64,000 bases of DNA from an uncultured Pseudomonadales bacterium (GTDB lineage: Bacteria; Patescibacteriota; Microgenomatia; UBA1400; PJMF01). This document shows, piece after piece, positions 30,637 to 40,016 of the stretch (position 1 is the first letter of the stretch; each line of letters begins with the position of its first letter). A program made the translations under genes and the position numbers. Under the pieces are notes generated by a model. That model searched no databases. It was given only the letters and a program-made list of their open reading frames with translations, and was not told the DNA's origin. The stretch is taken from assembly GCA_964437755.1 (NCBI GenBank), contig CAYTIA010000005.1:802-64801 (forward strand). Direction: 5' to 3'.

Positions 30637-31209
30637 TCAACTTGGCAACTTTCCAGAATCGCCTAACGGTCTTTTTGTTTCTCCCATGAAATCTTTTAAA
30701 ATATCATTGAGTTGTGCTGAAGCGCTTTTTTTAAGTATCTGAGTGGTAGAGATAAACGGAGACTGACGATCTACTAGTTCGACTCTGCCTCCATTGTTAA
30801 CAACAGTTTGGTATTCTGGAGAATCTTGATAACCACTGTTCCAGTCTTCTTTAACGGTTACATATACATCTGGTTGGAGTTGATCTAGAGTAGGTTGATT
30901 ACTAAGAGTGGGAACAATTGTAACCAGATCAACGAATCTGAGATAACTAATCATCTCGGCTCTGATCTTTTCATCTAATATGGGGCGATTAGGACCCTTG
31001 AGAGTGCTAACGGTTTGATTGCTACTTACTCCGACTATCAAAACATCAGCTTGCTTTTTTGCCTCAGCTAAATATCTAACTTGGCCGACATGCAACATAT
31101 CCCAGGCACCAGCTGTATAAACTATTGTTTTTTTCTTAGCATGAATAATTTTTCCTGTCTCTTCGATTTTATTTGGAAGAATCAGTCTTCTTTTCCAGTT
31201 AAATGCCAT
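30637..31209 (-). CDS. Cytidylyltransferase-family nucleotidyltransferase (RfaE2/TagD-like)
   Basis: AGAWDMLHVGQ, LIVGVSS, KGPNRPI, ISTTQI. Confidence 0.85.
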   Translation of the reverse strand: MAFNWKRRLILPNKIEETGKIIHAKKKTIVYTAGAWDMLHVGQVRYLAEAKKQADVLIVGVSSNQTVSTLKGPNRPILDEKIRAEMISYLRFVDLVTIVPTLSNQPTLDQLQPDVYVTVKEDWNSGYQDSPEYQTVVNNGGRVELVDRQSPFISTTQILKKSASAQLNDILKDFMGETKRPLGDSGKLPS

Positions 31210-31244
31210 GTTGTTGTATGTATCTTAATTATTGATAAAAAACC

Positions 31245-31266
31245 AAAAATAACCCGCCAGTGCGGG
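31245..31266 (-). terminator. Putative intrinsic terminator
   Basis: Minus strand CCCGC-actg-GCGGG followed by TTATTTTT. Confidence 0.55.
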
Positions 31267-31304
31267 CAGCCTGTTTTCTCTTATTCTAATCATTTATATC
31301 AGGA

Positions 31305-32381
31305 TTAGATGGGTAAAAGCAACCGCTGGTTTCCGTATTTAATAAGATAATCTCTGGTTCTTAAAAAATGTTGGTTTTGATATAGATATTCATAGGGATT
31401 GTGCTTGAAAAACTGGTAGAGGTCAATTAACAAATACATAAAAACCAGTTCTGTGATTAACAAGTGATTAGGTTGAGCAATATTAACTCTTTTTACATAT
31501 CCTGAATCAATAAAATACTTAACAATTTTCTGGGGATTTTTGTTCTTGCAGTCAACAAGTAAAAAAGCTAATGTTCTAGAGATATCAAGCTCTCTTGGAC
31601 CAAGAGCTGCCTTTTCAAAATCTAAAACTCCAGTTACAGCTAGACTTTTATTTGTAACGGTTTTTTGTTCAAGTTTAAGAACGAATTTATCGTCAAAATG
31701 ACAATTTGTAATATTCTTGAATAGAATATTGCCACGCACAAAGTCTAGATGAAGGAGTTGAGACTTTTTATGAGCATTAAGCCACTTTAGAAGCTTAGCG
31801 TACCTTGATAAATAGACTGGGTTTATTCTAAGTTTTAGTTTTTGTTCAATTGCTGTTTGAGTTTCAATATTTGTAAAATAGTTGTTCATTTTTGTCAATT
31901 TTTGTTGAAGATTAGAACATTCTTTGCTAGCTATTATATTTATGTTGTGACTAATTCTTTCTAAATCTTGATGCAGATAACCCAAAACTTGACCCAAAAG
32001 TTTAATGTGTTTTTTGCTATAGCTTTCCCACTCAATAGTGGATCCATCTAGGTAATTGTACAAACAACAAAAAATAGTTTTATCTCTAGTGTGGAGTTTC
32101 AAGATTTCTTGATTGTTGGTTGAGATAGTTTGACGAGTTGGCCAGCCATTATTGGCGAGTTGGTTTGAGATGAGATTGGTGAGCTTAATTTTTTCAAGAA
32201 TTTTTGGTTCTCTTTTGTAAAAAATTAGAGCTAGTTTTTCTGGTTTATCGCCATGAATCTCAATGGGTATTATTGAGTTTCGATAACCAGATTGAGTAGG
32301 TTTAATGGATATATCATTTTGATGATATTCAAACTGTGTTAAAACTCTTTTGATAACAGCTTGGCTTACTTTTGCTGGCAT
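31305..32381 (-). CDS. APH/choline-kinase-like phosphotransferase
   Basis: SGYRN, LGYLH, HLDFVRGN (Brenner motif), LDFE. Confidence 0.85.
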   Translation of the reverse strand: MPAKVSQAVIKRVLTQFEYHQNDISIKPTQSGYRNSIIPIEIHGDKPEKLALIFYKREPKILEKIKLTNLISNQLANNGWPTRQTISTNNQEILKLHTRDKTIFCCLYNYLDGSTIEWESYSKKHIKLLGQVLGYLHQDLERISHNINIIASKECSNLQQKLTKMNNYFTNIETQTAIEQKLKLRINPVYLSRYAKLLKWLNAHKKSQLLHLDFVRGNILFKNITNCHFDDKFVLKLEQKTVTNKSLAVTGVLDFEKAALGPRELDISRTLAFLLVDCKNKNPQKIVKYFIDSGYVKRVNIAQPNHLLITELVFMYLLIDLYQFFKHNPYEYLYQNQHFLRTRDYLIKYGNQRLLLPI

Positions 32382-32437
32382 ATTTACTTGATTTTTCTTG
32401 GAGTATAATCTATTTAGTTAGAAATGATAAATAACCT

Positions 32438-33205
32438 ATGAAAATTACTGCAGTTAAAACTCCAGTTGTTAGGGCAGGTGATACTCTTTTTGAACATATT
32501 GCTAATTGTATTCCTTCACTAGAAGAAAAGTCGGTGTTGGTAGTGGTCTCAAAAATTATCAGTTATTCCCAGAATCGACTAATTCCAATCAATGATGGAA
32601 CTCACGAAGAGAAGTATGAGATTGTGAAGCAGGAGGCAGATTTGTATTTACCCAATAGCATTTCTAGATATGACTTGATGTTTACCATTAAAAATGGTCA
32701 TTTAACTGTTAATGCTGGAGTAGATGAGTCAAATGCCAATGACCATTATTTACTATGGCCAACCGATCTTCAGCAAGAGGTTAATAACATCTGGAAATTT
32801 TTACGCGAGCATTATCACCTAAAGAAGGTTGGAGTGATTGTTACTGATAGCAGAACATGGCCGTTACGCTGGGGAGTAGTTGGTACCTGTCTAGCTCACT
32901 GCGGCTTTAAGCAGTTATATGATTACAGGGGGCAACCAGACGTATTTGGCAGAGAGATTCATTTTGTTCAACAAAACATTGCAGAAGCAATGGCTAGTTT
33001 TTCGGTGTTGGAGATGGGTGAGGTGGCTGAACAAACGCCATTGGGAATAATTGAGAATATCAAAAAAATTGAGTTTCAAGATCACGAACCAACACAGCAA
33101 GAATTAGCAGATCTCTTAATCAATATAGATGATGATATGTATGGGCCTTTGCTAACAAGTGTCTCTTGGCAAAAGGGTGGTGGAGGAATTAAGCTTGAGA
33201 GATAA
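32438..33205 (+). CDS. CofE-like gamma-glutamyl ligase (F420-0:glutamate ligase family, putative folate glutamylation)
   Basis: SKIIS, NAGVDESN, VIVTDS, PLRWG, DYRGQPDVFGR, MGEVAEQTP. Confidence 0.88.
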   Translation: MKITAVKTPVVRAGDTLFEHIANCIPSLEEKSVLVVVSKIISYSQNRLIPINDGTHEEKYEIVKQEADLYLPNSISRYDLMFTIKNGHLTVNAGVDESNANDHYLLWPTDLQQEVNNIWKFLREHYHLKKVGVIVTDSRTWPLRWGVVGTCLAHCGFKQLYDYRGQPDVFGREIHFVQQNIAEAMASFSVLEMGEVAEQTPLGIIENIKKIEFQDHEPTQQELADLLINIDDDMYGPLLTSVSWQKGGGGIKLER

Positions 33206-33207
33206 TC

Positions 33208-33957
33208 ATGATAAAAAAATCGGCTCTCTTATCCTCTCAACTTCTATTTGATGAAGCCAAGAAAATTGGTTTAGATCCTAAATGGGAAACAGATTATGGA
33301 TTATTCTCAGTGAGTCTTAATAACTCTCCGAAGAGGGAGTTCTTTTTTCATTCTAATCTTAATCTTAATGGGGAGTTATCTAGAATTCTAGTTAAGAATA
33401 AACATTTTACACGCCTGATCTTGGAAAAAAATAATTTTGTGAATATTCCGTATATTTTGCCTCGTTCTTCAGAAAAATTACAAGACTTTTTTGAGCAATA
33501 TCAGCCGATTATCTGTAAGCCTCTCTTGGGTCAGAAATCAAAAAGAGTGTATTTAATTAAAACAGTAGAACGTTTACAGAAATGTTCTCTTAAAATGAAT
33601 TTTTTTGAAAAGTATATCGATGGGGAAGAGTGTCGTTATTTAATTTTGCAGAATCAAGTGATTGCTGTGCAAAGAAAAAAACTATCTCCGACAAAAAAGT
33701 ATCCGTGGAATTTACACTACATAGGGGTTGAGAAGTTGCATTGGAATAACGATCTTGTAGAAGAATCTTTACGAATTGCTAACATATTTAATTTACGATG
33801 GGCAGCCGTCGATTTTATTATTGATGCAGCAGGAAAAGCCTGGGTACTTGAAGTAAACTCTTCTCCTGGAATAGTGAAAATCCACAATCCAGATGAGGGA
33901 GTAAGAGTAAATGCGGCGGAGTTGATCTGGAAAGCAATAACTGCTAAATACAATTAA
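33208..33957 (+). CDS. RimK-like ATP-grasp ligase
   Basis: KNK, ICKP..G, EKYIDGEECR, AAVDF, VLEVNSSPG. Confidence 0.82.
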   Translation: MIKKSALLSSQLLFDEAKKIGLDPKWETDYGLFSVSLNNSPKREFFFHSNLNLNGELSRILVKNKHFTRLILEKNNFVNIPYILPRSSEKLQDFFEQYQPIICKPLLGQKSKRVYLIKTVERLQKCSLKMNFFEKYIDGEECRYLILQNQVIAVQRKKLSPTKKYPWNLHYIGVEKLHWNNDLVEESLRIANIFNLRWAAVDFIIDAAGKAWVLEVNSSPGIVKIHNPDEGVRVNAAELIWKAITAKYN

Positions 33958-35243
33958 ATTAGTTTTTCAACCGCTCCTACCAGTTCATCATCATTAAAAT
34001 ATTTAAGTAGTTCTTTTTGCCAATTGGGTACAGAGATATCAACATCAGGATTAACTCCGTTGCTCTCTATAGCAATACCATCAGAGCGAAGTGTTAAATG
34101 ATGAACTAAAAATATTGAGTACTCTTGCGTTTGATTAACCTGATTTTTGATTGGAAAAATGCGCTCTACTGTTCCCCAACCTTTGGTGGTGGTGCCGATC
34201 AGTACTCCTACATTATATTTTTGTAGTACATCAGCCATTACCTCGGCGCTAGATTGCACTTCTTCATCAATCAGTACTACGACTTTTTTATAACGAGCCA
34301 AAGTTGGTAACCAACCGACCTTGGTTTTAAAATCAGTGGTTTTTCCTTGTTGAAGCATTTGGTAAGCGTATTGATTATTGCCGATGAATGGTCCTAAAAA
34401 ATAGGGGAGACCATCAATTGCTCCTCCAATATTACCTCTTAAATCTAGAATTAAGCTAGATAATCGCTCATCCTCTCCATCAACCTTTTGAGTGATTTCT
34501 AGCAGTTCCTCAACGGTTGTAGGTGAAAACTGTTTAATTTTTAAGTAAAAAATTTGAGGAGAAATTAGCCTCCATTCCATAGTAGGATTAACACCAGATT
34601 TATCATAACGCTCACGATTTTCTTGACTTAGTAAAGTTTGCTGAGCTAATTCGAGTTGAGCTAGTTGCTGTTTTGATTCTGGGGTGTCTTCTGTCTGGAG
34701 GAGCTCCTTTTGTTTGTGGTAGGCTTGCTCAACCTCTTCATTGGTGGCTTCAGGATTGACTCCTAGTGATTGATAGTGATCAAGATCGGGATTAATGTTA
34801 CTCACTTTTTCTACAAGTTCTTTTTCAAGCTGTTGTGAGTAAAGTCGGCTACGACCAAATGGTTCTAGGTTAGCTAGAACCAGATCGGCTAATTGGGTTG
34901 TAAACTCTTCCTTGGTAGAATCGTCAGTGTAGTTCTCGAGAATAGCTATAATTTCGTCATCAAGATCTTGATAAGTTTTTATTCTGTCTCCTAGAGGTTG
35001 AGCGACAATCTGTTCTATAGCTTTGACATGCAATCGCACTAAAGCGTCTTCAGAAAAAGAATCCCAGTAGTTTTCTTGAATGATAACCCTAACTTCCTGT
35101 AAAAAGGCTAGGTATTTATTTTCGGGCTCATTGGTTTTTGTAAACCACTCAGATTTATATCTTGAAATAAACAGTCCGCCAGAAATTCCAAAAAGAAAAA
35201 TGACAATAATAAACAGCAGTGATTTGATTTTGCTATTGCGCAT
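33954..35243 (-). CDS. S41-family peptidase with internal J-domain-like insert
   Basis: ILDLRGNIGG, SSAE, GVNPDV; DHYQSLGV...RERYD segment. Confidence 0.82.
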   Translation of the reverse strand: MRNSKIKSLLFIIVIFLFGISGGLFISRYKSEWFTKTNEPENKYLAFLQEVRVIIQENYWDSFSEDALVRLHVKAIEQIVAQPLGDRIKTYQDLDDEIIAILENYTDDSTKEEFTTQLADLVLANLEPFGRSRLYSQQLEKELVEKVSNINPDLDHYQSLGVNPEATNEEVEQAYHKQKELLQTEDTPESKQQLAQLELAQQTLLSQENRERYDKSGVNPTMEWRLISPQIFYLKIKQFSPTTVEELLEITQKVDGEDERLSSLILDLRGNIGGAIDGLPYFLGPFIGNNQYAYQMLQQGKTTDFKTKVGWLPTLARYKKVVVLIDEEVQSSAEVMADVLQKYNVGVLIGTTTKGWGTVERIFPIKNQVNQTQEYSIFLVHHLTLRSDGIAIESNGVNPDVDISVPNWQKELLKYFNDDELVGAVEKLI

Positions 35244-35272
35244 ATAAGATATCTCTACTGTATACTACAGTT

Positions 35273-35854
35273 ATGGAAAATATCCCGCAAGTTTTTATTA
35301 TTGTAGCAACCAGTCTTGATGGATTTATTGCTCAAACAAGAGAGCAGTCATCAGTTAGTTGGGCAAGCAAAGAAGACAATCAGTTTTTCCATCAAAAAAC
35401 AAAAGAGGCAGGGGTGATAGTGATGGGTAGTTCGACATTTAAAACCATTGATCCAAAATATCTGCCTCTTTCTGATCGTCTGAACATTGTTTATACAAAT
35501 TTTTCCAGCGATACTTTAGTAAAAGAACTTGGACTAAACCAAAGAAAGGTTAATCAAAGAAACTTGATGATAACCACTCAACCTCCAAAAGATTTAGTAA
35601 AAGAATTGGGAAAGATGGGCTATAAGCAGGTTGCGATTTGTGGTGGGAGTTCCATTTATACTCAGTTTCTGCAATCAGGGTTAGTAAGCAAAATTTTTGT
35701 TACTGTTGAGCCAGTTATTTTTGGTGATGGCATTAAACTTTTTAATCAGGTAGAAACAAAGAAAATGAAGCTATTGTCTATAAAGCAGCTCAATGATCGA
35801 GGCACATTACAACTTGAATATGAGTTAATCAATGAAAGTCAGAATGAAGGTTAA
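35273..35854 (+). CDS. folA: Dihydrofolate reductase family protein
   Basis: ATSLDGFIA, W.SKED..FF, VMGSSTF, PL..RLNIV, ICGGSSIY, FGDGIKLF. Confidence 0.75.
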   Translation: MENIPQVFIIVATSLDGFIAQTREQSSVSWASKEDNQFFHQKTKEAGVIVMGSSTFKTIDPKYLPLSDRLNIVYTNFSSDTLVKELGLNQRKVNQRNLMITTQPPKDLVKELGKMGYKQVAICGGSSIYTQFLQSGLVSKIFVTVEPVIFGDGIKLFNQVETKKMKLLSIKQLNDRGTLQLEYELINESQNEG

Positions 35855-36275
35855 GATTAAATTGATCAATGACTCTTTACCGGTTCCAGGATATCAGACT
35901 TCTGATTCAGCTGCTTTTGATCTCTATTCTAGACTTGATGTAGAAATTTTGCCTAAGGCTGTTTTTTTGGTGCCTTTAAATGTGATTTTACAGATTCCAA
36001 AAAATCATTGGGTTTTGATGGCAGCTCGAAGCAGTCTGCATAAAAAAGGTTTAATGTTGATTAATGGTATCGGGGTTGGAGATTATGATTATCAGGGAGA
36101 AAATGATGAATACCATGCGGCCTTATTTAACTTTTCTGATCAAACAGTCAAACTCAAAAAAGGCGACAGACTGGTTCAGGCAATTGTGTTGCCAAGAGAA
36201 AAAGTTGAGTTTTCAAAAATAGATGTTATTGCCGAGAATGATAAAAGCAGAGGAGGATTTGGTTCCACAGGTTAA
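35844..36275 (+). CDS. dut: dUTP diphosphatase
   Basis: AAFDL, ARSS, GVGDYDYQG, GDRLVQ, RGGFGSTG. Confidence 0.95.
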   Translation: MKVKIKLINDSLPVPGYQTSDSAAFDLYSRLDVEILPKAVFLVPLNVILQIPKNHWVLMAARSSLHKKGLMLINGIGVGDYDYQGENDEYHAALFNFSDQTVKLKKGDRLVQAIVLPREKVEFSKIDVIAENDKSRGGFGSTG

Positions 36276-36405
36276 AAAGCTGGATAAACTTTTTTGTTAT
36301 TCATATGTAAGTATTTTTTGCTCTTGAATAATAAATATGGATTGTTTATATTGGTTTTCAGTCTGCCCATCACTCGTTATTTCTTAATTAAATGAGAGGT
36401 CTTCT

Positions 36406-38079
36406 TTGAAAAAAACAGAGGTGGGATCGTATTTACCTCCTGACATTATTAAAGAGGGAGATTGCCAAGTTTTAATTGACGTTGGTTCTTCATCCACGAA
36501 ATTATACTTGGAGTGTGAAGGTAAAATATTAGGGGATAAAGATGACTGGGTTTATGTTAATAAAGAGGTTATTGATGTTGGGGGTCAGCAGGCAAGGGTA
36601 ATTCGTCCCGATGATCTTCAGCAGTACATTGAAACAATATCTCAGTTTAGTGCTTCAAGATATATTCTAACAAGCCTATTACACAGTTTGGTGGTGGTTG
36701 CCAATACTCAGCAAGGAGAGGTGGCAGTAGCTTTTATGTGTGATCCCAATTTTGAGCCTGACTGGCGAGAAGATAGAGTTTCGCAATTATTGGCTAGTAG
36801 AACCGAGTTTGCAGAGTCGGTGCAAAATATGTCAAGATCCTGGCTTCATAAATTAGTTGCCTTGCTTCAAAACTATTCAGCTATTGCCCAGGAACTAGAA
36901 TTGCCAGAAGATCCTGCTGACATTTCATTAGTTACGACTATTCCAGGTTATATTATCTTAAAATTAAGGGGGGATGATGAGGGGTTTATACCAGGAAATG
37001 AGCCAAAAATTCCTGATTTATCAATCGAGTTTATTCAAGATCTATTGGTTGAATTTGGCTTCCCGATAAACTCCATCATGCAGTTGTTAGATACACTAGT
37101 CATTGAGGGAAATGGAGATAAGCCAGAAGTAGCAACTTATAGTGACACTACAGCTGAAATGTTGGCAATTCAAAAAATTGTTCAACATTTTCAAGCCCAA
37201 GCGGTTGTAATTTCAACAGATTCAGTTTACAAAGCTATTGTTATTTCTGATAAACCAATTGAGGGTTTAAAAAACAGTGTTGATGGAGTTTATTATAGTA
37301 GTGCCAGAACTGGTTTTGGTAATCTTTGTGGAGTAGTTTTACTACCCCTACTTGAAAATAAAGAAGATTTTTTAGGTCTTCGCATTAAACTGAATATTTA
37401 TGAACTAGTTGATGAGTTTATTCAAAAATCATTTGATGAGGGGTTGCTAGATAACTTTAATCCTGATTATCATTTTTTTGCTTGTGAGTCTGGAGATTAT
37501 TTGTGCGTAGATCATGAGGGTAATCAGATCGATTATAAACGGGAGGCTCAAAGGCTAGTTGATCAAAATAATGTTGACCAATATCGAAACCTAGTTTTAT
37601 CTGTAATTTTAGGTTCTGCGTTCTCATTAAGACAAAAATCAGATTACGTTTATCATCAAACTTACAGAAATGATGAGTGGCAGGGTCAGTCAGCTGATAC
37701 AGTTGTTTACTATGGTGGCTTTTTACAGCACTCAGTCAGGGGTGATGGTAAGATTGGCGGGGGAATAACGAGATTGTTTATTGGGACTCATGATAAACAT
37801 ACCAGTGTTATGATGACTCCACTTTATACTGCAGCTGAAGCAGCCTCAATAGTTGGGGCAAATGACACAGAGGCTGAAGAAACAATGCTTGAGCGTTATC
37901 AACCAACTATGATAGATAGAAAAACAGGAATTTTTTCAACTCAATACCAAGAGTGGCACAGACAAGTAAAAAGAAATATAGATCAAGGTGTTCTATTAGC
38001 TACATCTTTAGGAGGAGTGGAGCTAAATAAATTCGTTGACAACACTATGGCGGGGTATGATCAGAAGCACAATAATTAG
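36406..38079 (+). CDS. Divergent FGGY/actin-fold carbohydrate kinase-like protein
   Basis: IDVGSSSTK, LHSLVVV, SVILGSAFSLR, YYGG and EAASIVGA in FGGY order. Confidence 0.55.
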   Translation: MKKTEVGSYLPPDIIKEGDCQVLIDVGSSSTKLYLECEGKILGDKDDWVYVNKEVIDVGGQQARVIRPDDLQQYIETISQFSASRYILTSLLHSLVVVANTQQGEVAVAFMCDPNFEPDWREDRVSQLLASRTEFAESVQNMSRSWLHKLVALLQNYSAIAQELELPEDPADISLVTTIPGYIILKLRGDDEGFIPGNEPKIPDLSIEFIQDLLVEFGFPINSIMQLLDTLVIEGNGDKPEVATYSDTTAEMLAIQKIVQHFQAQAVVISTDSVYKAIVISDKPIEGLKNSVDGVYYSSARTGFGNLCGVVLLPLLENKEDFLGLRIKLNIYELVDEFIQKSFDEGLLDNFNPDYHFFACESGDYLCVDHEGNQIDYKREAQRLVDQNNVDQYRNLVLSVILGSAFSLRQKSDYVYHQTYRNDEWQGQSADTVVYYGGFLQHSVRGDGKIGGGITRLFIGTHDKHTSVMMTPLYTAAEAASIVGANDTEAEETMLERYQPTMIDRKTGIFSTQYQEWHRQVKRNIDQGVLLATSLGGVELNKFVDNTMAGYDQKHNN

Positions 38080-38127
38080 ATAAATTTTCCGTTATACTTC
38101 ATTTATTAAAAGTAACAGTTAATTTTT

Positions 38128-38772
38128 ATGACAGATAACAAACAATCAGGTTTTTTAATAACTCTTGAGGGAGGTGAGGGAGGAGGAAAGTCTACTCAAT
38201 CAGTGAGATTGAGGCAGAAGCTTTCTGAAGAAGGAAGGGATGTAGTTGTTTTGCGAGAGCCCGGTGGTACAGCCATCAGCGAACAGATTCGCCAAGTTGT
38301 TTTATCTCCAACCAATACCAGCATGGCTTTTACCACTGAGGTTTTACTGTTTCAGGCTGCCCGTGCACAAATTTATCGAGAAATAGTTATTCCATCATTA
38401 AAAGCTGGCAAGGTGGTAATCATGGATCGCTCGCGTGACAGCAGCGTTGTCTATCAGGGTATGGTGAGAGGGTTTGGCAAGGAGTTAATTAATAATCTTA
38501 ATGATTTATCTACCGATAAAACTCTTCCCAATCTAACTATTTTACTAGATCTTCCAGTTGCTATGGGTTTACAACGAAGAGAGGAATCAGGAAAAATTGA
38601 TAGACTCGATATGGAGGCACAAGACTTTCATCAAAAAGTCAGAGATGCTTATTTAGAGTTGGCAAGGGAGGATAAAACGAACAGGTGGGTGATTGTTGAT
38701 GCTCAGAAAACTGTTGATGAGGTAGAATTAGAAATTTGGCAGGAAATTAATAAAAGGGTTTTTGGTAACTGA
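38128..38772 (+). CDS. tmk: Thymidylate kinase
   Basis: EGGEGGGKST, REPGG, DRSRDSSVVYQG. Confidence 0.96.
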   Translation: MTDNKQSGFLITLEGGEGGGKSTQSVRLRQKLSEEGRDVVVLREPGGTAISEQIRQVVLSPTNTSMAFTTEVLLFQAARAQIYREIVIPSLKAGKVVIMDRSRDSSVVYQGMVRGFGKELINNLNDLSTDKTLPNLTILLDLPVAMGLQRREESGKIDRLDMEAQDFHQKVRDAYLELAREDKTNRWVIVDAQKTVDEVELEIWQEINKRVFGN

Positions 38773-38785
38773 AAATAAATGTTTT

Positions 38786-39394
38786 ATGGCAAGGCTTCCC
38801 AAATCAGTAATAAAATTAATTGAGCAGTTTGAAAGACTCCCTGGAATAGGTCCGAAATCTGCTCAAAGATTGGTTTTTTATCTTCTACACAATCCCGAAG
38901 AACAGATTAATGAGTTTGCAACTCGTTTACAGGCTATTAAAACTGAAACTACTCTTTGCTCGATTTGCCATCAGGTAACTGAACATGATCCTTGTGAGAT
39001 CTGTTCTGATCAAGCCCGTGACGAAACTCTTCTTTGTGTTGTAGAACAACCTTTGGATTTAATTGCCATCGATAACTCAAATAAATTTCGTGGGAAATAT
39101 CATGTTCTTCACGGATCAATTGATCCTCTAAACAATATTGGTCCAGAACAGATTTTTTTAAGAGATCTATTAGAGCGACTGAATGGTGTAAATGAGCTAA
39201 TTTTAGCAACTAATCCGACTATGGAAGGTGAGGCAACTGCTTTATTTATAAAAGAGTTAATTGAAAAGTCAGATAAGCATGAAGATTTAAAGATTACTCG
39301 TATTGGGCATGGATTGCCAATTGGTGCAGATATCGAATACGCCGATGGCATTACTTTAGCCAGAGCACTTGAGGGTAGGCGAGAGCTTGATTAA
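38786..39394 (+). CDS. recR: Recombination mediator RecR
   Basis: LPGIGPKSAQR, C4 zinc finger, ILATNPTMEGEATA. Confidence 0.97.
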   Translation: MARLPKSVIKLIEQFERLPGIGPKSAQRLVFYLLHNPEEQINEFATRLQAIKTETTLCSICHQVTEHDPCEICSDQARDETLLCVVEQPLDLIAIDNSNKFRGKYHVLHGSIDPLNNIGPEQIFLRDLLERLNGVNELILATNPTMEGEATALFIKELIEKSDKHEDLKITRIGHGLPIGADIEYADGITLARALEGRRELD

Positions 39395-39490
39395 TAAATG
39401 ATATTGGCAGAAACAATCTTTTTCTTATTGTTTTTTGTTTCTTTTTTGATAAATTAATAGTAATGATACTTTTGTATCTAAGATATTATT

Positions 39491-39530
39491 ACCGACGAAA
39501 ACTTCATAACTAAGTAACGTCGGTTTTTTT
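39491..39530 (+). terminator. Terminator-like hairpin between recR and hpf
   Basis: ACCGACG...CGTCGGT stem with inner ACTT/AAGT pairing, followed by a T run. Confidence 0.55.
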
Positions 39531-39578
39531 ATAGGTTGAGAGTGATTATAAAAATTATTAAATAGACAAAGGAGCCTA

Positions 39579-39899
39579 ATGAAGATATCAGTCCAAGCAA
39601 AAGAGATGAGAGTAACCAAGGCAATCCATGAGTTTGTTAATGATAAAGTAGTAAGGACAATGGGCAAGTTTGGGAAAAGAGTTTTGGGAGTAAGAGTATA
39701 TCTCGAGAATATAACTCGAAAAAAAAGCGATCCTGACGCAGCTCAAGCAAAAGTTGAGATTGATTTACCAGGAAATAACATTGTTGTTCAGGAAAAATCA
39801 TTCGATCCTTATCAAGCAATAACCAAGGCAATTAAAACCGGAGCAAGAAAGCTAAGAAAAGAAAAAGAGAAAGGAAACAAGAAGAAGAGAAATAACTGA
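39579..39899 (+). CDS. hpf: Ribosome hibernation factor HPF/RaiA (short form)
   Basis: MKISVQAKEMRVTKAIHEFV..K, DPYQAI, R.LRK.KEK; AAGGAG RBS. Confidence 0.88.
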   Translation: MKISVQAKEMRVTKAIHEFVNDKVVRTMGKFGKRVLGVRVYLENITRKKSDPDAAQAKVEIDLPGNNIVVQEKSFDPYQAITKAIKTGARKLRKEKEKGNKKKRNN

Positions 39900-40016
39900 A
39901 TAAACTTCTGAATTAGAAATGGTTTTTTTCTATTTATGTTGCTAAGTTGCAAGTTCGGGAATCCATGACCTAATTTCTGTTATGATTAATTAATTGGTAT
40001 TTTTAATGAACTTTTT

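Noticed and set aside
39395-39578. raiA-motif ncRNA upstream of hpf
   Set aside because: The region is very AT-rich with only one hairpin and cannot support a large multi-stem RNA by eye
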